In this document: positions 1 to 13,365 of the stretch, one piece after another | Position numbering within the stretch: the first letter of the stretch is position 1 | Layout: every line of letters begins with the position of its first letter | Assembly (NCBI GenBank): GCA_964016885.1 | Contig: OZ024740.1 | Span: 70,742,001-70,806,000 of the forward strand | DNA from: Eledone cirrhosa | Taxonomy: Eukaryota | DNA: 64,000 bases | Reading direction: 5' to 3' | Notes under the pieces: model-generated | Seen by the model: only the letters and a program-made list of their open reading frames with translations | What the model was told of the DNA's origin: nothing | Database searches by the model: none | Program-made: the position numbers and the translations under genes

Positions 1-700
1 ACTTAATACCGAAATATATGTGTGTATATATATATATATGTGTGTGTAGAGAGAGAGGGGGGGTTGACAGACAGACAGCTAGATAGATGGAGAAAGACGG
101 AGATATTGAGACAGGTAAGGAAATGACAAAAGATAATTTAGAAAACAATAAATAAATGAATAAGTAAATATAAATATAACATAAGATAATGCTAAATTGT
201 TTTGCGATTTGTCTCCTCGATTCGTCGCTTTTGTGGTGCACGACAACCGTAATAATGGTGACTAACTTACTAACTGACTTGGACAACCGGATGTATCTCC
301 CGCAGCGCCCCAACAATGTACTTCCTAGTAACGACAAGGGCGACACACATAACGCCCTGGCAAAGGTCGAGAGACGAGTTTCCACCAAGCCTGACAGCTG
401 TTGCTTTCTGTATTTAAGTTTCTTTTCGAGATCCCCTTCTTGTACATAGCCGGCGGGGTGGTGTCATAGAACGTAAAACACCGTGTCTCCTGAACTGTCA
501 ACCCCGACTTCGTCGGAGTTAACAATAAATATCTTCTCTTTATCTCTCCTCGTTTCTTCTCCTTCCCTTTCCACCCTCCCCTCCTTTTCTCGATTGTAGA
601 TAAGTTCTTGTTGTGTGTGTGTGTGTGTGTGTGTGTGGAGGGGGAGGGGGGTTCTATTATTATCTTTTATTATTTGTGTATTGTTGTAATTGTTGTTTTC

Positions 701-770
<70 letters not shown>

Positions 771-2389
771 TCTTCATAACAATGAAATAAATAATGCATT
801 CTTTATTAGCCACTAAGGCCGAAATACAAAGGACAATACAAATGGACAAGGGCAGTGAGATTTACACATAATATAAAGCATGTACACACAAAAATAACAG
901 GTAACAAAATAACAATAAATTTAAAACAGAATTCCGTCGTTGGGGGAATAAACGCCACCCAGGTGTGACAATGAAATAAATACAAAAAATAAAAATAGAT
1001 AAATGGAATAAATCAACAATAAATGAAATAGAAGTGATAAGGAAATGAAAAATCTTGTATTAAAAGGAAAAAAGAGAAAGAAAATGTGGAAAAAAGAAAC
1101 TATGGAAAAAGAGCCGGGATGATGGAAGGAAAGGTGGAAAGTCCTTTTGCTTCTTTTATATAAATCAACTGTTGGCCGGCAGATTAATAGACTAAGTAAT
1201 AGAGGAGGATAAATTTAACATAGCGTCTCGTGTCTGCTGTATTGAAGTGTGGATTGTGATATGATTCAAGACGGAAGTACAGCTAGCTCACTGCTAACTA
1301 ATTAGTGGTCTTAGAAGTAAATCAGAATTGTTGAAAATCCCAGATCTGAATAACTTCCTATCGGATCGTATTTGATAACATAGAATGCAGGAGTGAACCC
1401 CGCGAGTTGAATAGTTCTTCCAGCGCATCTCTCTCACTATTCTTCTGGGTAACGTATTCTCTATTCTATTCACCGGGACTTCATTTACTCATAATAGTGA
1501 GGAGGGCGAGAGAGAGATCGAGGCGGTGACGGTGTGAGTTTGGTTCATCTGTGTTCGGACCTGGTGTACATGTGTGTTATTATTCATGCTACCTTACAAC
1601 TTTTATAAATATTTCTCACTCTCTATCTTTCAATTTCATCTTTTATTTGTAATCCTATCTTCTGATGAAGGAAGATTCTGTCATAAGCAGCTCACACTGA
1701 AGGTGCATTCCCTGTATGTGTGTGGTGTTTGTATACAGATTAGCACACATCAAAATCCAGCGTGTGTATAGAAAGAAATATCAAATGATCATATTTGTCT
1801 ATCCGTTTGTTTGTCTCTGTCACTCTGTTTTAATTATACATCTCTCTGTTGTGTGTGTATGTGCACGAGTGCATGTGTGTAAGTGTGCGTATGTGTAAGT
1901 ATGCGTGTGTGTCAGTGTGCGTGTGAGTAAGTGTGCGTGTGTGTGTTTTATACATTCCTGTAGAACATGTCTTCACTCTGAATTTCCACCACCCTTTGAT
2001 CTCCGTTGTGTTGAAATGTCTCCTCGTGCTTAGAATTGTTGGCAGCTCTTCGCACAATTATTATGTTAAAATTTACACACAAACATACATAATAATTTTA
2101 AATACAACTTGCACTATAGGTCATTTCTTCATCAATTATCGACTGAAAATCACAAACGATTTAACTTCATCTAACTCCCGGACTAGCGGAGCCTTAAAGC
2201 TACCAGAGAATACCCGGATTTGTCTGGCCACCACGTAGCATACATTTTACCCTGTTTTCCATGTAGCTTCGACAACCTTGTGAGTATTCTGTCTTACTAC
2301 TTGTTGAGGATTTTGTCTTCGTTCTAAACTAGGTTTGTCATATCGTCATATATAAATATAACTAAAGTCTTTTTAGAGTCCCGAAGCCG

Positions 2390-3185
2390 AAGTTTATCCC
2401 GGTTTCATGTGACGTTAAGCGACAGAAAGTACAAGATTTCCCTCTGGATGGGATAAATGTCTATCATAGGGTTAACTCGCAGCTGCTACTGCTAGTACTC
2501 ATTTTTTCAACTTGTTCTGTTGTTACTCAGTGTGACATGATGTGACAAGATTAGCCTTTCAAATTACAGGTACAATCCATTTACAATTGATCTACAGCTA
2601 AAATTATTTTATAAAATACTTATACATCTTTTTATATGAAAAGTCATTCGCTGAAAATACTTTCAATAATACCTCTTTTTACAAAAGGTTGTAGTATCTT
2701 GGATTACAGGGAGAACCAATACCACCGACTTTCATATCTGCCTTATATCACTGACAAGGCTTAGGTCAATACGAGGCTATTGTAGAAGACATTGCCAAAA
2801 ATGTCGCATACTGATATCGAATCTGGGATATTATGATTGTCAAGTGAACTTCTTAAGTATTCGGCCATGCTTCCACTAGAACAATTCTGGGGTTTAACAG
2901 ATCGGAGATTATCCTGATTTCATGAGGCGTCAAACGACCAAGTTTACATGTTCCCTTTCTCTGCCCATCATAATGTTACCGCACCTCCACCCAACTGCTG
3001 TCAAATACAATACCACTCGCTCTGGAAATCGAACATACAGCCTTAACCTTGTAAGCCCAACACGCTAGCCAATTGGCTGCAAGCCTTCACGACGCGTCTG
3101 CCGTAATAAAAACAATGTGCCTTTCAGTTTGGGAACCGAACCCACAGCCTTACGATCGTGAACACAATACTCTAACCACTAGATG
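2390..3185 (-). mobile_element. Cluster of old SINE remnants (tRNA-like heads at ~3020-3080 and ~3130-3182)
   Basis: Reverse-strand box-B-like (GTTCGATTTCC, GGTTCGGTTCCC) and box-A-like motifs; degenerate bodies. Confidence 0.4.
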
Positions 3186-3461
3186 CTTCCGCCATAACAT
3201 TGATTTACTTCCTCTTTTTGTGAGATGTTTTATCTATTAATAACGTGAGAAAACAACAAATATATAATTCAAATCACAAGACCTAATGCCGATATGTTTC
3301 TAATTCTAGTTTCAGATTAAAGTGCATATAATTAATACATGGGTGTTAAAAATATCCTACATCCTTTTTGTTCATATGATTTATATCGTCACGTGGTGGG
3401 TGTTTCATACGAACTGAAATTTAAACCTACGGACAGCGCTATATTAACTATCTCATACATG

Positions 3462-3535
<74 letters not shown>

Positions 3536-4025
3536 CCTACGGTCGCGCGTGTGTGATGGTGCTTTTGTCTCTGTATGTCTGAATTACACAACCACAATAA
3601 CCTATACTACTTGTCTGCATGTGTATATGTGTTCAAACACCGATGTGTATTAGAAGGTATGTGGATGCATGCATGCATGTATGTATGTATGGCTGGATGG
3701 CTAGTTGGATGGATGGGTGTATAATATGTATACATGCAGTTATATGTAAATATGCACCAATAAACATGTGTACTAGTGTGTATAATTAATTGAAGTATAA
3801 ATAAATTATATTTGTACATAAATATCCGTGTGCGTTCAAAGATAGACACGCCTATTTTAAAATAATATACTTTGTAGAGGGTTATTATCAATGTATCGAG
3901 ATGATGATTGCATTTATGATGATGATGACGATGGTGGTGGTGGTGGTGGTGGTGGTGTAGTAGAGGATAAGGATGATGATGATGGTAATAAGGTGGCGAT
4001 ATTCGCCCAAGAGACACCCATTAAT

Positions 4026-4947
4026 AACGGTTTCTGATTTAGGCACCTGGTCAACAATTTTTGGTGAGGGAAAAGTCGATTAAATCGTTACCGGTACCTT
4101 ATTTATCGACCTCATAAGGATGAAAGGCAAAGCTAACTTCGGCAGGATTTGAACTCAGAACGTAAAGCATAGTATCAAACACTCTACCGGTACTGCCAAA
4201 CTTGAGACAACCATTAATAATTGTTTCTATTTTTAGCACAAGGCCAGCAATTATCCCAGTGTATTACTGGTACTTTATTTTATCGACCCCGTAATGATTT
4301 CTAGTAGAGGCACAAGGTCAGTAATTTGGGGGGGGGAGTCGATTAAATCGACCCCAGTACGTTACTGGTGCTTTATTTTACCGACCCCGTAAGGACGAAA
4401 GGCAAAGTTAACCTCGGCGGGGTTTGAACTCAGAGCGTAAAGGGACGTAACGCTATACTGCAGAGCATGGCGCCCGACTCTCTACCGATACTGCCATTGA
4501 TAATTGTTTCTACTTTTGGCACAAGGCCAGCAATTATCCCAGTGTATTACTGGTACTTTATTTTATCGACCCCGTAAGGATGCCATTAATAATTGTTTCT
4601 ACTTATGGCACAAGGCCAGCAATTACCCAGTGCATTACTGGTACTTTATTTTATCGACCCCATAAGGATGAAAGGCAAAGTTAACCTCGGCAGGATTTGA
4701 ACACAAACTGTAAAGGGACGTAACTATGCTAGAAAGCATGGCGTCTGACCCTCTACCGATACTGCCATGATATCTAATTTTACACAAGGCCAACAATTCA
4801 TGAGGAAGGAAAGGCCGTTTACATTGACCCCACCAGAACGTGACTGATACTTTATTTTATCGATCCCTAAAAGATGAAAAGTACACTTGACCTCGGCAGA
4901 ATTTGAACTCAGAGCGTAAAGGGCTGTAACTAAATGCTGCAAAGCAT
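4026..4947 (-). mobile_element. Tandem cluster of ~6 full or partial tRNA-derived SINEs (MetaSINE-like core)
   Basis: Repeated reverse complement of TGGCAGTATCGGTAG (box A) ... GAGTTCAAAYCC (box B) ... GCCTTTCATCCTTACGGGGTCGATAAAATAAAGTACCAG ... GTAGAAACAATTA. Confidence 0.85.
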
Positions 4948-6016
4948 TTTTTTGCAGGATTTGAGCTAGATGAAGCAAGAGAGAAAATGTGTGCAAGAGA
5001 GAGAGAAAGAGGAAGAAGGAGGGTGTGAGCGAGAGAGGGAGAGAGAAGAACTAAAAGAATGGGCATGTTCTATTTGTATACATGTGAAGGCATGTGGCTT
5101 CGTAGATATGGTGTTAAGCTAACGATCATGAGGTTATGAATCCGATTCCCAGCGGCGCGTTGTGTCTGTATTTCAAAGTGCCAGCCTTGTCACACACGAG
5201 CTAAATCTCCCAGAAAACTAAGATAAAGGTGCAGATGTCTCTTGAATGCTCAGCCACTTACACGTAAATGTTACATGTAGGCTGTACTGTTGTTCGAACA
5301 CATGAAATATTTGTCATCTGATGCAACGAAGTTCCAACCTATTTGTGCATATACAATCCCAAAGAAGCAAAACAAAAGACTAATTAAGTTCTTCTTAGAC
5401 TGGAATTAATTTCCGGGCTAAAAGATTAATCCGAGTAACTATTCCAGAATTTTCTCGAACGTTTGCTTGTTTTGTTCTCCACTTTGTTCGTTTTCGTTTG
5501 TTTACTTTTGAATATGTTTCTATAAATAATGGAAATATCATTATGCTATTATTATCAATATCATCATTATTATTACTATTAGCAGAAAACCACCCTAGCA
5601 TGTTTAGTGTGCATATTGATATTATACGCAAATATTCATGCAATAAAATAATAATTGACAATATTTACAGAAATTGAAGAGAGACTGTGTTACACTCTCT
5701 TCTGTAATCAGTAAAAAAAGACAATATTATTAATATATATAAACTGCATTACGGTGAAATGTAATGAAAACGAAAAAGGAGAAAATCAGACAGGAATATA
5801 AAGGTTATGATATAACGATGTAAATATATGAACGTTTACAGAAGCGATGTGATATAGCATACGTTATATCATAACCGGAAGTACTGACATTTGAAAATTT
5901 TAACAGAAGTGAATCTTGAAATATGCAATCATTATATACAAGAATATTTATGTTTAATCAATAACTACGAAATTTAGTACATAAATTATATAATATTCAT
6001 TCATTATTTATTCAAA

Positions 6017-6200
6017 GTGGATTGGCAGTATCGGTAGAGGGTCGGACGCTATGCTTTCCAACATAGTTACGTCCCTTTATGATCTGAGTTCAAATCCCGC
6101 CTAGGTTTACTTTGCCTTTCATCCTTACGGGGTCGATAAAATAAAGTACCAGTAATGCACTGGGTAATTGCTGGCCTTTTGCCTAAAGTAGAAACAATTA
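6017..6200 (+). mobile_element. tRNA-derived SINE, full copy
   Basis: Box A TGGCAGTATCGG, box B GAGTTCAAATCC, core CCTTTCATCCTTACGGGGTCGATAAAATAAAGTACCAG, tail GTAGAAACAATTA. Confidence 0.85.
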
Positions 6201-6661
6201 TTTATTCAAAGTAATCCAACTTATTTTACTAACGGTATAAAAAAATATATTCAGGATACAGTCCCGCACTACTCCCTTTATTATATTATGATGTTAAGGA
6301 GGTGGATGGCAAAGTCGTTACCACGGTATTTATTCCAGCTCTTTATATATGAGATCAAAACAATTACTATTATCTATAACATAAAGAAATGATTGTACTT
6401 ATGCATTGGAAGATTGAGAACAAAAAGAAGAATATTTATCAAAAGAAGTGTGATAACGGTGTGAGACAGAAGGAAGGGAACTCTGTTTAATAACACATAA
6501 TCACACGCAAACACATGTATACACATATGTGATTTACTAGAGTAGCTGTTAAAATGGTGGTATTGTCGGTATAGTTACCGGTTAATGGAGGTGGCAGTCA
6601 TGTTTATGGGTATAGTAAGAAGGGGAAGCAAAGACTAGTGTTCTTTAATAAATTAAAATTA

Positions 6662-8433
6662 CACTGTGTAACAAAAAATTTTTTTTTCTCTGTCCTGGCT
6701 TGTAATCACTTTTTTTGTGTTACTTAGGTCCCAAATAAATAAATAAAAAAGTGTTATTAAACAGTTAAAAGTTTGGGTTTGTAAAAATTCTAAGCTATTC
6801 ACTAGAATTATTTGTATGCTGGATTTTACGTTGTATGTAAGTTTAATTTGCTTATGTTAAATGATTTTTTTTATATATGTTTCAGGTTAAATTAAAATTA
6901 TAAAATAAAGAGTAATACCTAAAGAAAATTATAAAGTGCAATAAAGTATAAAATTGTTAAAAAGTGGATTAAAGAGATTTATTGATACTGGATTTTCGCA
7001 CCCTGAATAAAGGGTAAGTTGTGTTTTAAGCAGTCGTCTCCAGGATGAAGCAGTGGAACTTGGTCAAGGAGGAAGTGCGGGTGACAAGTCAGAGAAGTCG
7101 ACACGAACCTTTCTCAGGCTCTTACACTCTTAGGGATGGCCTCTGCTTCTGCCATGACGTGCCTGGACTGTTTGACGTTATTGGGGTGCCGTTTGTGCCC
7201 AAGGAGTTGCGGCTATTTATAGACAGCTCCATCACAAGTTTGAAGGCTGTCCTCCTCCACAATAATGGAAACAAGTTCCCGACACTGCCCCTAGCTCATT
7301 CAGTCTGCCTGAAGGAAGATTACTACAGTGTCAAAGTCCTCTTGGAAGCTCTGCAATACAACCAGTCCAATTGGGAAATCATTGGAGACTTCAAGATGGT
7401 GGCTTTCCTGCTTGGACTCCAAGGAGGCTTTATCAAATTCCAATGCTTCCTCTGCCTTTGGGACAGTAGAGCCACCTCTGACCACTACAAAAGAAAGAAC
7501 TGAGAGCAGCGAACAGAATTTGTAGTTGGGACCCGGAACGTCATGTGGGAGCCACTGGTTGATCCCAGGATTGTGCTCATGCCGCCACTGCACATTAAGT
7601 TGGGGTTGATGAAGCAGTTTGTGAAGGCTCTCAACAAAGAATCAGCCGCTTTTAAGTACCTTCTTGAGTTCTTCCCCAAGTTATCTGAGGCCAAAATCAA
7701 AGGTGGAATTTTTGTTGGACCTCAGATAAAGAAGGTGTTTGAGTCTACCGAGTTCTCCAATAAGCTCAATAGGATTGAGAGAACAGAATGGAACTGTTTC
7801 AAGGCAGTTGTTAAGGGCTTCCTGGGCAACTGCAGAGCTGAAAACTACCAGCAACTGGTGCAGGATCTGATAAAGGCTTTTGACGCCATGGGATGCAGAA
7901 TGTCGCTTAAACTTCATATGCTGGACGCTCACCTGGAAAACTTCAAGGACAATATGGGCGCCTACTCAGAAGAACAAGGCGAACGATTCCACCAAGATGT
8001 GGAAGAGATAGAGCGGAGGTACCAGGGCCACTACAATGAAAACATGATGGGGACTATATCTGGGGGCTAGTGCGGGAATGTGACCTGGACTACAACCGCA
8101 AATCCAGGAAAGCCAGTCATTTTTGACGTGTATAAGTTGCTTTATAAGTGTTATTTGTTTTTACTTGTTTGCTTTTGATAAGCTTGTGTAATAAAATAAA
8201 TATATACTATGTTGATTTAATTATATGAACTGATAAATTTTTTTTAAATGTGTGAAAAATATGAAAATTATGAAAATTATGAAAATTGTGAAAAATATGA
8301 AAATTTCGAAATATCAAACTCCTGACCACAAACCCAAACTTCTGATTAAATAATAGTGTTTTTTTTAATAATAATGGGATATAACGAACCATGAAATGAC
8401 AGAACCGGGGAACAAAAAATATGTTACACGGTG
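6662..8433 (+). mobile_element. CMC-superfamily (Chapaev3-type) DNA transposon, internally deleted
   Basis: Imperfect TIRs CACTGTGTAACA (6662) and TGTTACACGGTG (ends 8433); TTA on both flanks (6659-6661, 8434-8436) as a 3-bp TSD; transposase remnant inside. Confidence 0.8.
7045..8126 (+). pseudogene. Chapaev3-type DDE transposase, C-terminal half, disrupted
   Basis: Motifs RLFIDSS, IIGDFKMV, CFLCLWDSR (CxxC), PPLHIKLGLMKQFVKAL, KLHMLDAH, SEEQGERFHQD; in-frame TGA at 7501-7503 and a 1-bp frameshift near 8050. Confidence 0.85.
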
Positions 8434-9396
8434 TTATTATTTCTAAATTGTGAATAATATAACTCAAGCGCTTTAGTGCAATTAATTGCCAGGAAACGTG
8501 ATGGTTATGACAGTTTCCAATATAGTATCATACTGAGTTTAGTGAAAATAAGGAACTGCAATCGCATCATGACAAACTAATGAGCAAGCTTCTATTTCGT
8601 TGATTTGCCTGCTAGAAATAGCAGCCAAATTCACCTCAAATTACACTTTATCGTGTTAAAATTGAAAGGGCATACTGCATAATGGATCATTTCTATTATT
8701 GAGAATAGGTAAAGAAAACAAAGAAGAAAACACTATCCCTAAAAACATTGTTTATATAAAGGGGTATTAAATTAATGTACAAACATGATAATAGTAATTA
8801 ATGTCATAATTATACAAATGATACAATTGTGTAAAAATTATAATGATATAAGAGTGTAATGATTGTAATATCATTAATTATTTGTTGTTGAAGCAAAATT
8901 AAACAGTTCCACTCTCCTCTTTCATCGGTGCTAAATTACTTCAACAGAATTATATGTGATTGCACAAATATATGTCAGGGTAATTATTGTGTCGTAGTTG
9001 TCAACAAATTTCCATGGGTCCAGCTAGTTGTTGTTGTTACCCACAACTACCAACAACAACACCGGTTGCACCTCCACCGTCACGGGCAGCCCTGCAGCAC
9101 TGCCACCACCTCGGTAGCCATAGCAGCAACAACAACAAATACATCAACAATAGCAATAACACTAGTAGGTAAAAATCGAGCTAGATGTCCCTGAAAAAAA
9201 GTATATACACCTAGAAGGGACCGGGAAAATCGTGCTCACAAATTGCAGAAGGATCACACTTTACATACCACTCTAATTCCTCGAAAGAAATGGCAAAGAG
9301 AACGGTGTTATACCGATGTCTGACTGTTATAAGCCGACGTTTAGAAATAGTGTCTCACAACCAAATTGAAAAATATCAGAAGCCCATATGGAGTGA

Positions 9397-9745
9397 CATT
9401 AACTTTACCTTTCATCCTTACGGAGTCGATAAAATAAAGTACCAGTAATACACTGGGATAATTGCTGGCCAATAGTAGAAACAATTAATTTTGTAATTGA
9501 GGCAGTGGATTGGCAGTACGGTCTGACTTCAAATCCAGTAATACACTGGGATAATTGCTGGCCAATAGTAGAAACAATTAATTTTGTAACAGAGGCAGTG
9601 GATTGGCAGTACGGTCTGACTTCAAATCCCGCCGAGGTTAACTTTGCCTTTCATCCTTACGGGGTCGATAAAATAAAGTACCAGTAATGTACTGGGTAAT
9701 TGATGGCCTTGTGCCAAAAGTAGAAACAATTTTGTAACAGAGGCA
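9397..9745 (+). mobile_element. Tandem, internally deleted SINE copies
   Basis: Repeated GGCAGTGGATTGGCAGTACGGTCTGACTTCAAATCC and CCAGTAATACACTGGGATAATTGCTGGCC blocks. Confidence 0.8.
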
Positions 9746-10458
9746 AGATATTGTTAGTACAATGTCCACACAGACCCCCAACAAATTTCTAAAGACCATG
9801 TTGCAGCCCCACGAAAGAGTGATAAATTCATTCTCTTTCCGGCGTGTTTTGGTCGAAGAGTTGTAAAACTAAAAGTCTTGGAAGTGTCACCAGAACTGAA
9901 TTTTTGGTGGGTGGCTTGATGCGTGATTCTAAAGGGTGCGGACAAACTATTACAAATAAAAACGTTCCGGAAGGAAAATAGGACAGGAATCAAATCGGAG
10001 ATCCTAATTCAGATAAAATCAGAAATTCCTTATCTAAACAATATACGACACGCACATCAGCTGCGGGTGGTATTTAAGAGTAGAAAACCTAGATGTCACT
10101 AATGTTGAAGCATAATCCCTCTGAAGGCCCTTTACCCACAATGAGCAGCCAGCACTGCTGCCAACACCACAACCACAGAATAAAAAACAACAACCACAAC
10201 ACAAATAACAGTAACCACAATAGCACCATCAGTAAAATCAACCTATCAAACCCCAACAGCGACAGCAACAGAGACCGAGAGTACCAACATCACAAGCACC
10301 TCTACCTCTACTGCCATATATTTATTGCAATTGGCAGCAGAAGAAGAGAACCCCCAGTGTTGTGAGCTGAGCAGTGGCATCACTACTGAGAAGGGACACC
10401 AACAAGGGAGATACCTTAGATAATTTCTGGTCCATAACTCTATTGGATATGAAGTTCA

Positions 10459-10693
10459 TGATTTGATCCAACCCCCAAAATGCGGTCGAAACCTGCCGCC
10501 ACAAAGACAGTCGCCAGGAAACGATGGCCGACCCTATCGAAAGCTTTTAATTGATACAAGATGATCAAAGCTCCACCAAATCCTGGATTCTAAGGCACCC
10601 TTGCTATCATGTATCGCGCAAAGTGGACGTTTTCCTGGCGACTGTCTTTGTGGCGGCAGGTTTCGACCGCATTTTGGGGGTTGGATCAAATCA
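10459..10693. repeat. 63-bp perfect inverted repeat with ~110-bp spacer
   Basis: 10459-10521 is the reverse complement of 10631-10693. Confidence 0.9.
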
Positions 10694-12372
10694 AAGATCA
10701 ACAACATCAATACCTTCGTCAAAGTAAACGACCAGGAGTGTCCTCACTCACCGCTTCAGTACTGTTTGGTGCGTGAACCACTACTGTTGAAGCTGGAGTT
10801 GTTGAAGAACAGCTCGCTTCAACGTCGAGAACCATGTCAGCATAAGAAATTGAAGTCACCATTGTCGTACTTGACACTGCAAATGTGGAATCGGTTGGAA
10901 CCTTTCTAAAGGAAAATTAGGTGGTGACTGAAGCAAAGATCAATTTGAGAATGTCTGCAAGCTTACCGCTAAGCAATTGGCGAATCAGATTCATGCCATT
11001 GGATTGTATCCTGGGACGCTTGTCCGGCGGACCAATCAAGTTGCCTCGGGTCCGGTTCAGCCCAGACCTCCAGCTGGACACTAACTGAAACGAGGTTACG
11101 AACAGGTTGGCAAGTCTCAATGAGAAATGGACTGAAAGGAAGCTGATTTTAAAAGGTCAAGCGGAAGTGATCTTTTATACACATATATGCTCACGTCCAT
11201 CAACGATACACAAATCACACACACAGAAAAAAATGATCCTGAAGAAGAATTCATGTCCGATATGTTGAAACATTCATTTACTTCCAGTTTCCTTTTTCTT
11301 TATCTTCATTCCTAAGTGTGAATCTTCGGCCGGTGGCAACTACTTTTTCCGTCTTTTAGGGTATTTCACCCTATTTTATAAGCTATTTTATAGCATCTCT
11401 CTACATAGCATACCATTCTTTATATCAACTTTATTCTCTCAGCGCTTCCTAAAAGTCCGAGAGATCGGCTACGTAGATTATTATTATTAATGTTGCCGTC
11501 ACCTACTACTGTCTGACCGTCGTGCCTTGTCCAAAGCCTCGTCTGATTGGAAAATTTGTCCTAATGAACATCAAAATCCCTAAGACACTATGCCTAACAT
11601 CTCATTATCCATTATCCAATGTAACCTTTTTCTCAACGGTTGTGTGGTGTTTCGGAATTTGGCTGCTATATCTTGCTGATTACGTATCTATGTAATGACT
11701 ACTTTGACAGCTCGCCCTTATCAAAGAGGGCAGTGGGTTGTTAGAAATTTCAAAGCATTTGATTAAATATCAACTCTGTGGAGGGACCGTCAACGCCTTA
11801 CATAACACTGGAATCAATTTAAAAAGTACCATTTACTTCCTATCAATGCAATATTCAGCAATAAAGATTAAAATGAAAATGGAACACGCTTCCAATGAGC
11901 AGCGAAAACAATCTCCTACCCCTCGGGAGTTAGAAGTCTCAAAGTCAATAACGATCTGTTGATATTTCGCTGTGTTTTTTAAGACCTAGTTCTCTTCTGA
12001 TGTGATGTGTGTATTTGTTCCTAGCTGGAGTGAAGGTTCCCTCTCTCATAGTGAATATGTATGAAGAATAATGATAAAGGTTACAGTCATGTTTGTCAGA
12101 AAACAGTGGTGCTAGGCAACAATTAATCTGTAATTGAAACTATATTCCATTGAATACAGGCTTCTTTCAACCAACAAACAAACACTTAGAAGGTGAGAAA
12201 ACAGAAGTGGAAGATTTATACGTAATTTATTTTACCTGCCAGCCAGGGAGAACTAATGGCGTTGTTGTTATTGTTGTTATTGATAATGTTGTTAAACTCA
12301 TTTTGTGTTGTTTTTCGTCCTTCTATTGTCTCCAACCTCATGCGCCCTTTTTAGCAAAAACGAAATCTTTAT

Positions 12373-13365
12373 TAGGCGCGGTGGATTGGCAGAATTGTTG
12401 GAGCGTCGGACAAGATGCTTCGTGGTATTTAGTTACAGTGCTTTACGCTGTGAGTTCAAATCCTGTCGAGTTCAACTTTGCTCTGTAACATTCCGGGATC
12501 GATAAAATAATGTACAGTACCAGTGAGGTACAGGTGTCAGTTAGACGTTTCATTCCCAACAAAAATGCTGGTTTGTATTTAAATTAGAAACTAGTAAATG
12601 TTGTGGATTGGCAGAATCGTTTGAGTGTTGGATAATACTTTGCAGTATTTACTATGTTCTGTGTTCAAATTCCACCAATGTCAATTTTGAATTTTATCGT
12701 TCCGCGTTTGATAAAATATGTATGTATGGTCCCATAACTCCTGATAGAGTCGAAGAGGCGCTGTATTGGCATACGGCGTTTCTTGAGAGTTTTAAGTCTG
12801 GCGGAGCTCATCTCTCTCCGGGCCTGAGTACTTCCAGAGAAAGATGGAAAGTAAGAGATCTAGAGGAAGAATCGACCCGAGTACTAGACTGTTACTTTAT
12901 TTATCGACCTCGAAAGGATGAAAGGCAAAGTTGACTTCGGCAGTATTTGAACTCAGAGAGCAGAGGGCCGAAACGAATACCATAAAGCATTCTATCCGAC
13001 GTTCTAACGACTCTGCCAATTCACCGCCTATTAGTAAAATATAAATACCAGTTAAATATTTGAGTTGATATAATCGACTTTTCCCTTGCCCCAACTTGCT
13101 GACTTCGTATCAATATTAGAAAGAATTTTATTAAGGGCAAAGACTGGAAGAATAGTTAGAATCGGAAGAAATGCTTTGAGGTATTTCTTATTGGCCTTTA
13201 CGATCTAAATTCGAATCCCATTGAGTTCAACTTAACATTTCATCTTTTCAAGAGTGCGTGGTGAGGAAGCTCGATAAAATAAAGTATCAATCAAGTACTG
13301 AAGTCGATTTAATCGACTTTCCCCTTGTTTCAAACTGTTGGCTTTGTGTCCAAATTAGAAACTAG
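12373..13365. mobile_element. Four diverged tRNA-SINE copies (+ ~12373-12590, + ~12603-12720, - ~12870-13030, + ~13135-13365)
   Basis: Box A/B and GATAAAATAA-GTAC core motifs as in the other copies. Confidence 0.7.

Noticed and set aside
187-560. GC-richer segment with an 86-aa ORF as a host exon
   Set aside because: No recognisable domain or supported splice structure.
1660-1715. CTGATGAAGGAA as a hammerhead start
   Set aside because: No GAAA closing stem II.
6017-6200. tRNA genes suggested by box A/box B
   Set aside because: No cloverleaf, and always followed by the SINE core and tail.
7501-7503. In-frame TGA in the transposase as selenocysteine or read-through
   Set aside because: The position corresponds to a Trp (TGG) in this family as I recall it, and a frameshift lies downstream, so it is ordinary decay.
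11238-11275. CTGAAGA...GAAAC as a hammerhead
   Set aside because: Stems I and II do not pair convincingly.
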